Assembly: GCA_000025185.1 (NCBI GenBank)
Contig: CP001848.1
Span: 2,520,001 to 2,552,000, forward strand
DNA: 32,000 bases
DNA from: Pirellula staleyi DSM 6068
GTDB lineage: Bacteria > Planctomycetota > Planctomycetia > Pirellulales > Pirellulaceae
Reading direction: 5' to 3'
The position numbers and the translations under genes are program-made. The notes beneath the pieces are model-generated. The model was not told the DNA's origin and did not search any database. It saw only the letters and a list, made by a program, of their open reading frames with translations. Positions 9,287 to 17,142 of this stretch are shown here, one piece after another. Position 1 is the stretch's first letter, and each line of letters starts with the position of its first letter.

Positions 9287-10582
9287 ATGCGCTGCGCACT
9301 CACGCTCTTGCTACTGCTCACCACGGCCACGACCTCTGTTGGCATCGACGAGTTTGAGCAGCCGCCGATCAATTACAGCAGCACGCAGCCCTCGAATCGT
9401 ATTTCACAGTTGCAGTCGCTGCTCGACGAAGGGAAGCAACAACTGACGTTTCACGACGAGCTGGGCTATCTGCCGTCGCTGCTCGCCGCGCTCGATATTC
9501 CAGCGGAGTCGCAAACGCTCGTCTACTCGAAAACGAGTCTGCAAACGCGCTACATCACCCCCAAAACGCCGCGTGCCCTCTACTTCAGCGACGAGATTTA
9601 CGTCGGTTATGTCCAGTCGGGAGCGGCGCTCGAAATCTCGGTGGCCGATCCACGGCTGGGGACCGTTTTTTATACGCTCGACCAGGCACAAGTTGCAGCG
9701 CCGAAGCTCGAACGACAAACCGATCGGTGTCTACTGTGTCACAGCTCGTCGCGCACCGAAGGGGTGCCGGGACATGTCGTTCGCTCGCTGTTTGTCGATC
9801 TCTCGGGACAGCCGATCTATTCCGCTGGCAGTCGCATGGTCGACCACACGACGCCGATCGAAAATCGTTGGGGAGGCTGGTACGTCACCGGCAAGCATGG
9901 CGAGCAAAAGCATCTCGGAAATTTCATCAGCCGTAGCAAAGAGGTACCGCGCGAGGTCGACAACTCAGCGGGGCTAAACGTGCTGGATCTCAGCAATCGC
10001 TTCGATGTTTCTCGTTACCTCACCCCGCACAGCGATATCGTGTCGCTGATGGTGCTCGAGCATCAGGTCCTGGTACACAATCGCTTGACGCGCGCCAATT
10101 TCTCGACGCAACAAGCACTGGCCTACGATGCTTCGATGAAGCGTAGTCTGGGGGAGTCGGAGGCTGAATTCTTCGACAGCACGAAACGTCGAATCCAAAG
10201 TGCTGCAGAGGCTTTGGTCGAAGCGCTGCTGCTCGTGGATGAAGCAAAACTCACCGCGCCGATGAGCGGAACAGCTGACTTTGCTCAGAAATTCCAGGAG
10301 CTGGGACCGCGCGACAAAGCAGGCCGATCGCTGCGGGATCTCGACCTACAAACGAGGCTGTTTAAATACCCTTGCAGCTATTTGATTTACTCCCCATCGT
10401 TTGCAGCACTTCCGAAAGAAGTACGCGAGCAAGTCTGGAAACAACTGCGGGGCGTTCTCTCGGGCGCCGATCAATCCGAGAAGTTCGCGCACCTCACAGC
10501 CGCCGATCGCGAGGCGATCTATACGATCCTTCGCGAAACCCATCCTCAGCTCCCTGAGGACTGGAAGCTCGAGCGGCCCTAA
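9287..10582 (+). CDS. Secreted protein with a single CxxCH haem-binding motif (family not recognised)
   Basis: Signal peptide MRCALTLLLLLTTATTSVG. Single CLLCH motif encoded at 9728-9742 (QTDRCLLCHSSSRTEGVPGH). Coding-like GC3 throughout the 431-aa ORF. Confidence 0.6.
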   Translation: MRCALTLLLLLTTATTSVGIDEFEQPPINYSSTQPSNRISQLQSLLDEGKQQLTFHDELGYLPSLLAALDIPAESQTLVYSKTSLQTRYITPKTPRALYFSDEIYVGYVQSGAALEISVADPRLGTVFYTLDQAQVAAPKLERQTDRCLLCHSSSRTEGVPGHVVRSLFVDLSGQPIYSAGSRMVDHTTPIENRWGGWYVTGKHGEQKHLGNFISRSKEVPREVDNSAGLNVLDLSNRFDVSRYLTPHSDIVSLMVLEHQVLVHNRLTRANFSTQQALAYDASMKRSLGESEAEFFDSTKRRIQSAAEALVEALLLVDEAKLTAPMSGTADFAQKFQELGPRDKAGRSLRDLDLQTRLFKYPCSYLIYSPSFAALPKEVREQVWKQLRGVLSGADQSEKFAHLTAADREAIYTILRETHPQLPEDWKLERP

Positions 10583-10639
10583 ATGGATCTCGTCCAGCCT
10601 CCACTCGATGCTGCCGTTTGCTCGTGACACGCTTGGTCA

Positions 10640-10693
10640 CATCGCACTTCCGCATGCTCTTTTACTGCTGTATGCGACAAGAGCGTGGCACCC
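10640..10693. repeat. 54-bp direct repeat, copy 1
   Basis: CATCGCACTTCCGCATGCTCTTTTACTGCTGTATGCGACAAGAGCGTGGCACCC is identical to 11381-11434 except for two adjacent bases (AT versus GC). It contains an internal imperfect hairpin, CATGCTCTT/AAGAGCGTG. A GCTTGG box a few bp upstream is also shared. Confidence 0.9.
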
Positions 10694-10725
10694 GGAAGTA
10701 TGTTGCAGATGTCTACTTAACTATT

Positions 10726-11352
10726 CTAGAAGGCCTCAGCGAGAAAACGCCGAGCCTGATCTTGATTGTTGACGCATGGGTGTTGCAATAGTTTCGTATA
10801 TTCGGGGTGAAGCTCCTCGGGTGATACACCAAGTTCCAGCAGATGTTGAATGCACGCAACGAGGTCAGACGCTATGTGGTTGAACCAACTGGCGTCTTCC
10901 ATCAGGCCAGGATGGCTTCGTAGTTCCTCAAAATGGGTTTGTAGAATACCTCGAGCCCGCGCGTCAGATGTGTGAGCAAGGGCTTGAAGAAAGTTAGCCC
11001 GATTACCGGCCGGCGCATTGTTTGCCCATGATTCAAGCCACGGGACACTTTCATCAGGTGGGAATACAGCTGCGATGCATAGGGCAATGGTCGGTCGCAC
11101 GTAATCCGATTCATCGGTCGCGAGAAATCGAAAGCAATCGGCTGGTATTGTTTTTGGTGCAGCCTGTATCGCGTTGCAGAAGTCTAATCGTTCAGTCTTG
11201 GACCATGTGGGCCACAGAGTCATCAGTTCTCCCAGTGTGATCGAGGCGTTTCCGTCGAGAAACTTCGATTCCAGGTACAGTCGCTTCCTTGATGCGTTAG
11301 CGTAGGTTCGAGACCAGCGAGTTTCTGCGATGATCTGGTCCTCATTCCACAT
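10726..11352 (-). CDS. Hypothetical all-helical protein (HEAT/ARM-like by eye), lower-GC orphan gene
   Basis: Open frame 10726-11421. The first 23 codons of the longest form are encoded by repeat copy 2 and the sequence just downstream of it, so the ATG at 11352 (MWNEDQIIAETRW...) is preferred. Sampled 60-nt stretches have about 45-52% GC, lower than the flanking genes appear by eye. No family recognised. Confidence 0.45.
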   Translation of the reverse strand: MWNEDQIIAETRWSRTYANASRKRLYLESKFLDGNASITLGELMTLWPTWSKTERLDFCNAIQAAPKTIPADCFRFLATDESDYVRPTIALCIAAVFPPDESVPWLESWANNAPAGNRANFLQALAHTSDARARGILQTHFEELRSHPGLMEDASWFNHIASDLVACIQHLLELGVSPEELHPEYTKLLQHPCVNNQDQARRFLAEAF

Positions 11353-11380
11353 GTTGCACCTAAGTCTGCTTGGCTTTCCC

Positions 11381-11434
11381 CATCGCACTTCCGCATGCTC
11401 TTTTACTGCTGTGCGCGACAAGAGCGTGGCACCC
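11381..11434. repeat. 54-bp direct repeat, copy 2
   Basis: CATCGCACTTCCGCATGCTCTTTTACTGCTGTGCGCGACAAGAGCGTGGCACCC matches copy 1 at 52 of 54 positions, in the same orientation, 741 bp away. Confidence 0.9.
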
Positions 11435-11520
11435 CATGCTTCGGGATTCTCTTCAATTCTAAGGGTGGGGGCAATGGAGCAGGGAGTGGTGTGGATTCGC
11501 TGGGGGAGCCAGAGGGCTCA

Positions 11521-11559
11521 AGAAAAAGCAGCGGCCCGACTGGTGAGAGTCGGGCCGCT
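11521..11559 (-). terminator. Intrinsic terminator of the YTV-repeat gene
   Basis: Stem AGCGGCCCGACT (11530-11541) / AGTCGGGCCGCT (11548-11559) with a 6-nt loop. Read on the minus strand it is followed by a U-run (plus-strand AAAAA at 11523-11527). It lies about 50 nt downstream of the stop at 11612. Confidence 0.75.
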
Positions 11560-11611
11560 CTTGCGCTAATCCAGACCAAATTATCTTCCGCGAAGGAAGC
11601 TTTTCACAAGC

Positions 11612-13351
11612 TTACTTGGCACAGTCGCTGCAGCTGGGGGCTGCAGCGGTGCAGCTCGGAGCTGGGCAGCAAACCTGTACAGGAACTTGCTTGCAAATCA
11701 CCTTGGGTACACAGCGGGTGGCGGTGTAAGGGACTTGCTTGCACACGCAGCGAGGAACCTTCACCACTTGGGTGTAGCACACAGGCTTGCAGACCGTGTA
11801 AGGAACCTTCTTCGTGTGGGTTTCGGCAACCATCTTGCAAGTGGTGTAAGGAACTTGCTTGGTATGGCATTCCTGAACCATGCGGCAAACGCGGTAGGTG
11901 CAGGTCTTGGTGACAGTCTCGGGAACCATGTGGCAGACCTTGTAGGTGCAGGTCTTCTTCACGGTTTGTGGCACCATCGTGCACACGGTGTAGGTGCAAG
12001 TCTTGACCTTCTGCTCAGGCACCATGCGGCACACGGTGTAAGTGCAGGTCTTCTTCACGGTTTCAGGAACCATGTGGCAGACGCGGTAGGTGCAAGTCTT
12101 GGTAACCGTTTCTGGAACCATGCGGCAGACCTTGTAGGTGCAGGTCTTCTTCACAGTTTCAGGAACCATGTGGCAAACGGTGTAGGTGCAGGTCTTGGTC
12201 TTCTGCTCAGGCACCATCGTGCAGACGGTGTAGGTGCAGGTCTTGGTTTTGGTTTCGTTCACATACTTGCAGCAGGTGAAAGGAACCATCTTCTTGACGA
12301 CTTCTTGTTCGTAACGAACACAGTTGACTGTTTTCGTTTGAACTTCTGGAATCCAAACCTTCTTGCAGATCTTGCGAGGAGGGCACTGGACGCAGATCGT
12401 CTTGCATTCGCCGGGGCAGTAAACGCAGCGGCAGCAGCAAGGATCCCAAACCCAGCAACCTGGCTCTTGGACGCATTTCTTCACCACAGGTCCGGGGCAT
12501 TCGGTCACTTGGGTTTCCCAGCGACCGCAGCAGATCTGGACTTCTTTGGTGTAGTGCACGGGTTTGCAAATCGTTTCGCAAACTTCACGCATCGAGGTTT
12601 CATAGACTGGCTTGCAGACGTTGTAGCAATAGGTCTTCGTTTTGGTTTCGTAGACGGGCTTGCAAACGGTGTAGCAATAAGTCTTCGTCTTCGTCTCGTA
12701 CACAGGCTTGCAGACCGTGTAGCAGACGTCTTTCGTCTTCGTTTCCCAAACAGGCTTGCAAACGGTGTAGCAAATGTTCTTGGTCTTGGTTTCCCAGACT
12801 GGTTTGCAAACCGTGTAGCAGATGTCCTTGGTTCGGGTTTCGTAGACGGGCTTGCAGACCGTGTAGCAAATTTGTTTGGTCTTGGTTTCGTAGACCGGTT
12901 TGCAGACGGTGTAGCAGATGTCTTTGGTTTTGGTTTCGTACACAGGCTTGCAAACGGTGTAGCAAATGTTCTTAGTCTTGGTTTCCCAGACTGGTTTGCA
13001 CACGGTGTAGTTGCAAGTGCGGTACTTGGTCTCATACACGGGCTTGCAGACGGTGTAGCTGCAATCGCGGTAATGAGTTTCAGCTACATGCTTAACGCAG
13101 TTGATGGTCTTTTCGTCGTAGACCGTCTCGTAGACGTTTTTGTAGCAGGTGTAGCTCTGTTGTTCGTAGACCACCTCGCGGCAGGTCTTCATGACGGTAT
13201 GGCACTGCTGTTTGGCGCCCTGGTAGCTTACCGGGTCGCTGCATCCGATGTGCTTGTAGCTGGCGGCGCCACAGCACGAGTAGGCAAAGCTGGTGCTCTG
13301 GGTCGCCGCAGCCAGCAGCAGCGCGACGATTGGCACCACAAAGTTCTTCAT
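11612..13351 (-). CDS. Secreted Cys-rich YTV-repeat protein (putative planctomycetal cell-envelope protein)
   Basis: ATG at 13351 with AAGGAG 8 nt upstream. Signal peptide MKNFVVPIVALLLAAATQSTSFA. About 11 units of CYTVCKPV[YW]ETKTKxx and about 10 units of TCTY[TKR]VC[HRT]MVPExxxK flank a Cys-dense core (CCGRWETQVTECPG...DPCCCRCVYCPGECKTICVQCPP). The YTV motif corresponds to the Pfam YTV repeat known from Rhodopirellula (recalled, not searched). Confidence 0.85.
   Translation of the reverse strand: MKNFVVPIVALLLAAATQSTSFAYSCCGAASYKHIGCSDPVSYQGAKQQCHTVMKTCREVVYEQQSYTCYKNVYETVYDEKTINCVKHVAETHYRDCSYTVCKPVYETKYRTCNYTVCKPVWETKTKNICYTVCKPVYETKTKDICYTVCKPVYETKTKQICYTVCKPVYETRTKDICYTVCKPVWETKTKNICYTVCKPVWETKTKDVCYTVCKPVYETKTKTYCYTVCKPVYETKTKTYCYNVCKPVYETSMREVCETICKPVHYTKEVQICCGRWETQVTECPGPVVKKCVQEPGCWVWDPCCCRCVYCPGECKTICVQCPPRKICKKVWIPEVQTKTVNCVRYEQEVVKKMVPFTCCKYVNETKTKTCTYTVCTMVPEQKTKTCTYTVCHMVPETVKKTCTYKVCRMVPETVTKTCTYRVCHMVPETVKKTCTYTVCRMVPEQKVKTCTYTVCTMVPQTVKKTCTYKVCHMVPETVTKTCTYRVCRMVQECHTKQVPYTTCKMVAETHTKKVPYTVCKPVCYTQVVKVPRCVCKQVPYTATRCVPKVICKQVPVQVCCPAPSCTAAAPSCSDCAK
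11762..12241 (-). repeat. Coding tandem repeat block B (48-bp unit, about 10 units, 192-bp super-period)
   Basis: Units TCTYTVCTMVPEQKTK / TCTYTVCHMVPETVKK / TCTYKVCRMVPETVTK / TCTYRVCHMVPETVKK are followed by a second, parallel set of four. GCAGACCTTGTAGGTGCAGGTCTTCTTCAC recurs at 11933 and 12125, exactly 192 bp apart. Confidence 0.85.
12536..13063 (-). repeat. Coding tandem repeat block A (48-bp unit, about 11 units, 192-bp super-period)
   Basis: Units C[YSN]YTVCKPV[YW]ETKTKxx. A roughly 50-nt stretch, CAAACGGTGTAGCAAATGTTCTT[G/A]GTCTTGGTTTCCCAGACTGGTTTGCA, recurs at 12759 and 12951 (192 bp apart). Other units differ mostly at synonymous positions. Confidence 0.85.
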
Positions 13352-13359
13352 TGTCCTGT

Positions 13360-13365
13360 CTCCTT
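13360..13365 (-). promoter_or_regulatory. Shine-Dalgarno sequence of the YTV-repeat gene
   Basis: Plus-strand CTCCTT corresponds to minus-strand AAGGAG, 8 nt upstream of the ATG at 13351. Confidence 0.6.
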
Positions 13366-13964
13366 CGCTGACAGTGTCTCTCTGGGGAAATTTGCGTCTG
13401 GACCGGCCGAGCGAGTGAGTCGAGCGTTCGATCGTGCACCGAGGGGGGAGGCGGCAGAGGGCCAACGCCTGGGTGGGCTAGAATCCGAACTTCGATCTAC
13501 CGCCCACAGCAACACCACAAAAAAGTAGCGCAAGCAGTGTGGCTGCAGTACCGGTTACCAACGTTCATCGTCAAACTGCGTGACTTGCTTGAGATGCGAA
13601 GGATGGTGAAAAAGAGTGGTTTGTAGGCTTTTGGAGGGTGCGGAGGTACTCTGTGGCCTACTTAAAGCGTTGCACTCAAGCAGTTTGCGTAGAATGGATA
13701 GGTTCTAGCGAGCATTTTCAGACATTTCTTCAGCGCTGCGATTCGCACGTTTTAAGACGGTTATGCTGGCACGCCGAACTGCTCGAGGGGCTTAAGGCGC
13801 TTTGCTTTCACGCGAAGATGTGCCTCTAACTACGAGCGCGGGCGAAATTCAAAGCCTCGCCAAGGTGCTCGCATGAGCGGCTGTTGCGCGTAATCAGCCA
13901 GCTCGCGACTTGAAGTTATGAGCGTCAAAGGTGTTCGCAACACACCCCATTTTCGAGCGCTCAC

Positions 13965-13996
13965 GCGGTGATCAAGCGAAAAACACCGCTTTTTTG
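13965..13996 (+). terminator. Terminator-like hairpin inside a non-coding gap
   Basis: GCGGTG (13965-13970) / CACCGC (13984-13989) with a 13-nt loop, followed by TTTTTT (13990-13995). No credible CDS ends upstream of it. Confidence 0.45.
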
Positions 13997-14185
13997 TCAC
14001 CAAGTGGTGCTCCGGTTTGACGCACGCCCCTCAGCAACCTACATGCCTATACCGACGAGCGAGTTGTCTTGATGGTGCCAGTCGAGAATTGCAGGCGATC
14101 AGTTATCGCCGCCGATCTGGTGCCCTACGACTCGCCGAACGTCCGCAAAAAACTCCCCGTCCACGTTTGGGAAAGGTTTGTTGTC

Positions 14186-14635
14186 ATGAAGCGTCGTGTA
14201 AGAAACTCCGGTTTCACGCTGGTGGAAGTTCTGATTGTGGTGGTGATCATGGCGATTCTCGCTGCGACCATCATTCCGCAGTTCTCCGATTCCACCAAAG
14301 ATGCGAAAGCGGCGACTACAAAGTTCAATCTGCATACGCTCCGTTCGCAGATCGAGCTCTACAAAACACATCACGATGGTGCGTTGCCTTCAGCGACGCT
14401 CGTCGAACTCACGCAAAGCACCAACGCTGCCGGTACCGCCGGCACCGGAGCTGCTTTCCCTTACGGGCCCTACATGCGTGAGCTTCCAGCCAACCCGTTC
14501 ACCAACAGCACAACGATCACCGTGGTGGAAAACGACCCGGCCGAAGCTGGCGACGTGACCGAAGGTGGCGGATGGCTCTATAACGAAGAGACGGGCGGTG
14601 TGTGGGTCGACCACGCCGACTACGTCACTGAATAG
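14186..14635 (+). CDS. Prepilin-type N-terminal cleavage/methylation domain protein (type II secretion pseudopilin / type IV pilin-like, GspG-like)
   Basis: The ATG at 14186 gives MKRRVRNSGFTLVEVLIVVVIMAILAATIIPQF. This is the canonical G|FTLxE class III signal followed by a hydrophobic helix. 149 aa. No secretion machinery genes are adjacent. Confidence 0.85.
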   Translation: MKRRVRNSGFTLVEVLIVVVIMAILAATIIPQFSDSTKDAKAATTKFNLHTLRSQIELYKTHHDGALPSATLVELTQSTNAAGTAGTGAAFPYGPYMRELPANPFTNSTTITVVENDPAEAGDVTEGGGWLYNEETGGVWVDHADYVTE

Positions 14636-14792
14636 ATTGTCACCGAGTAGAGCGCGCAACCCGTGAGGGGGCGTGATTGAAACGGACCGACAAGTCGGCA
14701 GAGGGCTGGGATGCGGACGCCGGTAAGTCCCGCGCGATGCCGACGCGTCGAAGAGGGTAGGGAAACGATTCGAGCAGGGAAACGAGAAACCG

Positions 14793-14842
14793 AAGGCCAG
14801 GGGATCCGCGATTTGCGTCGCGTATGCTCTGGCCTTTTTTGT
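14793..14842 (+). terminator. Intrinsic terminator downstream of the pilin-like gene
   Basis: Outer stem AAGGCCAG (14793-14800) / CTGGCCTT (14829-14836) encloses the inner stem GCGA..TCGC. It is followed by a T-run (14835-14840). It lies about 155 nt after the stop codon. Confidence 0.7.
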
Positions 14843-15043
14843 TTCTTGCACTTTTGAGGGTGGTTTGCCGTGCCGCGCGCCGGTTGTCGCCTTGTAGGGC
14901 AAATGGTGGCGGGGTAAGGTAGTTCGGAAATTTGTAGCAGCCTGTTCGGGGCCCCTGCAAACTTTCGTGGAAGCGGAAACGCCGAGGTGGGGTGTTTCGC
15001 CTGATCGCTTCTCGATTTGCCATGCCTCCGTTAGTTTGACCCT

Positions 15044-15718
15044 GTGAGCGACGCGAAAGATAAGCCCGACGAGCTTTCAGCCGACACGACCGTTCCCAAA
15101 GCGGTGGTGAGTCGGCTGAGCTTGTATCTTCGCGAACTACAGCGACTCACGCGTGAAGGGGAAGAGACCACCAGCAGCACCCAGCTCGGGCGTTTGCTCG
15201 GTTTCACCGATGCTCAGGTGCGGAAAGATCTCGCCTACTTCGGTCAGTTTGGCTATCCGGGCATTGGCTACCGCTGTCACGAGTTGATCCACGCGATCAA
15301 ACAAATCTTGGGCACCAATCAGCCGTGGCCCCTAGCACTCGTAGGCCTGGGTAACCTGGGTCGCGCGCTCACCAACTACAAAGGGTTTGGTAGCCAAGGC
15401 TTTCAGCTTTGTGCGGCGTTTGATATCGATCCCACCAAAGTGGGCCAAACGATCGATGGGATACCGATTTTTCATCACGACGACATTGCCCGGATCGTGA
15501 AGGAAAAGAACATCCGCCTGGCGATTGTCGCCGTGCCTGCCACTGCCGCTCAAGGTGTGGCCGATGCGCTCGTGGCGGCCGGGATCGAGGGGATTCTGAA
15601 CTTTGCCCCGGTCACCTTGGGGCTCCCCAAAGAGATTCACACCGTTGGGGTCGATTTGGCCATCGAACTCGAGCAGCTTTCATTTGCCGTCGTTTCGCGA
15701 CAAGCGAAGAATGGCTAA
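15044..15718 (+). CDS. rex: Redox-sensing transcriptional repressor Rex
   Basis: VVSRLSLYLRELQRL and GFTDAQVRKDLAYFGQFGYPGIGY form the Rex winged-helix signature. The Rossmann motif is LVGLGNLGRAL. GTG start at 15044. Confidence 0.85.
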   Translation: MSDAKDKPDELSADTTVPKAVVSRLSLYLRELQRLTREGEETTSSTQLGRLLGFTDAQVRKDLAYFGQFGYPGIGYRCHELIHAIKQILGTNQPWPLALVGLGNLGRALTNYKGFGSQGFQLCAAFDIDPTKVGQTIDGIPIFHHDDIARIVKEKNIRLAIVAVPATAAQGVADALVAAGIEGILNFAPVTLGLPKEIHTVGVDLAIELEQLSFAVVSRQAKNG

Positions 15719-15915
15719 GTAGTCAGGCGTGCCTCGCCAGAAGACCATTCCTTGGGGTGGTTCGCTCGATTTCAGTTCGGCTGGCAATTGCAGTTCGTTG
15801 CAGACTCCTGCGCTTCGGGTCCGTTTCTGCTGTAACCGCCGGAGGCTTGCGGGGCACCATATTCTCGGCGGCTTGCTCGCGACGAGCCGCACCAGACACC
15901 TTTGAGAGCATCCCG

Positions 15916-16662
15916 ATGTCGGCAGCGTGTCGCTCTGGCAGCCAGCAAGACTGGCCTGAAATCAACGTAAGTCCGCTCGAGTGGGCTACTTGGCTCTTTG
16001 CGCACGCGCTTCCGGGAACCTGGGCTTCCGTCGATCAGCCTCGGCCTGCGCGGGCACTAGCCAGCACAGCCACCGGCGAGATCGCCTCCGGTTCAGCGTC
16101 GGGCGAGATCGACCTGAGCAAAATCGAATCGGGGCTGGTCGCGCGGGCCAAACTGGGAGACGCCGATGCGTTTCGCGATTTGGTCGAGCTGCATCAGCAG
16201 GCGATCGGTCAGCAGATGTGGCGGTTCAGCCGCCAGAAAGAGGAGTGGGAAACGCTAGTTCACGACGTTTTTGTAGAGGCATTCCTAAGTTTGCCGCGAT
16301 ATCGTAGTGAAGCGCCGCTGGTGCATTGGCTACGCAAGATTGCCGTTCGCGTCGGGTATCGGTTTTGGAAACAGAAGCAGCAGGCCCGAAGTCGTCAGAC
16401 CGAGCCGCTAAACGATCTGGCCGACGGCCGCGCTAGCGCCACCGAGCCACTCGATCAGCAGGAGCAAGCCGATCGACTCCATGCGGTGCTGGCCCAGCTT
16501 TCCCCTCGCGATCGTTTAGTGATCACGCTGCTGTATCTCGATGAACGAAGTACGATAGAAGTTGCCGAATTAACCGGAATGAGTCGCACGCTTGTAAAAG
16601 TGCAGGCCTTCCGAGCCCGAGCCAAATTGAAACGCCTCCTCGCTGAGGAGTCTCCCACATGA
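15916..16662 (+). CDS. ECF-family RNA polymerase sigma-70 factor with an N-terminal extension
   Basis: Region 2-like LVARAKLGDADAFRDLVELHQQAIGQQMWRFSR...VHDVFVEAFLSL and region 4-like LSPRDRLVITLLYLDERSTIEVAELTGMSRTLVKVQAFRARAKLKRLL. The start is uncertain: ATG at 15916, while the open frame reaches 15757. Confidence 0.8.
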   Translation: MSAACRSGSQQDWPEINVSPLEWATWLFAHALPGTWASVDQPRPARALASTATGEIASGSASGEIDLSKIESGLVARAKLGDADAFRDLVELHQQAIGQQMWRFSRQKEEWETLVHDVFVEAFLSLPRYRSEAPLVHWLRKIAVRVGYRFWKQKQQARSRQTEPLNDLADGRASATEPLDQQEQADRLHAVLAQLSPRDRLVITLLYLDERSTIEVAELTGMSRTLVKVQAFRARAKLKRLLAEESPT

Positions 16663-16931
16663 CCGAAATGGACCCGTTTTTGAAACTTGCCGCTGCCGCT
16701 CGCCGCGAATCGGTCCCCACGATCGATGTGTCGGAGCGTGTCCTGACCTCGCTTCGCGATCCGGCGGTTGCCGCTCGAGTGGCCAGCAGTAGCGATCCGG
16801 CCTACTACTTATTCGCCTTAGTAGCGGTGAGTTCGGCTGCTGTGGTGCTGCTGTTCGCGTGGCAATCGTTCGAATCGTTACGCGAACCATTGACCCCCCT
16901 GGTCGAACCGCTGTATCTGGTGATTCGCTAG
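16659..16931 (+). CDS. Putative minimal single-pass anti-sigma factor
   Basis: ATGA start/stop overlap with the sigma gene (16659-16662) suggests translational coupling. The 90-aa protein has one TM helix (YYLFALVAVSSAAVVLLFAW). The call rests on position only. Confidence 0.55.
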   Translation: MTEMDPFLKLAAAARRESVPTIDVSERVLTSLRDPAVAARVASSSDPAYYLFALVAVSSAAVVLLFAWQSFESLREPLTPLVEPLYLVIR

Positions 16932-17142
16932 GGAAATTCGACGCGAGTTTCGCGAGTATTGTGCACCACACTGCCGGGCCAGCGCTGCTGTGTCACCCGG
17001 CACGCTTGGCAGTAGCGTACCCTTCGCCTAGCGGTGCCGGTGAGCAGCGGAGTCGGGGAGTAGTGATCCAGAGGTTGAGATTTGTTCGTGTGTGGCAGTG
17101 GTGGCGAGAAATGGCTCGCCCCGTTTGCTTTGAGGTATTTCG

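Noticed and set aside
11762-13063. Regular 48-bp periodicity that could superficially resemble a CRISPR array
   Set aside because: There is no repeat/spacer alternation. The periodicity is in-frame coding sequence of a secreted protein, and no cas genes are present.
11687-13528. 613-aa plus-strand ORF antisense to the YTV-repeat gene, together with several additional open frames on the minus strand (12207-12581, 12505-13035, 12600-12965)
   Set aside because: The translation is a monotonous G/L/H/A/V/N low-complexity mirror of the repeat (GVGAGLGxxxxHxxAN...), with no signal sequence, SD or terminator. The periodic codon composition of the real gene simply excludes stop codons in other frames. 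The minus-strand frame with the signal peptide, SD and terminator is the gene.
13638-13829. 63-aa Cys-containing ORF in the YTV/pilin intergenic gap
   Set aside because: It has a GTG start with the GGAGG directly abutting it, leaving no spacer. It uses codons rare for this genome (TTA, ATA, AGA, AGG). No family resemblance. Probably non-coding.
13873-13893. Mini-ORF ATG-AGC-GGC-TGT-TGC-GCG-TAA (MSGCCA), about 70 nt upstream of the 13965-13996 terminator hairpin, reminiscent of a Cys-codon leader-peptide attenuator
   Set aside because: I could find no convincing anti-terminator alternative pairing by eye. The downstream gene (pilin-like) has no link to cysteine supply. A 6-codon ORF is expected by chance.
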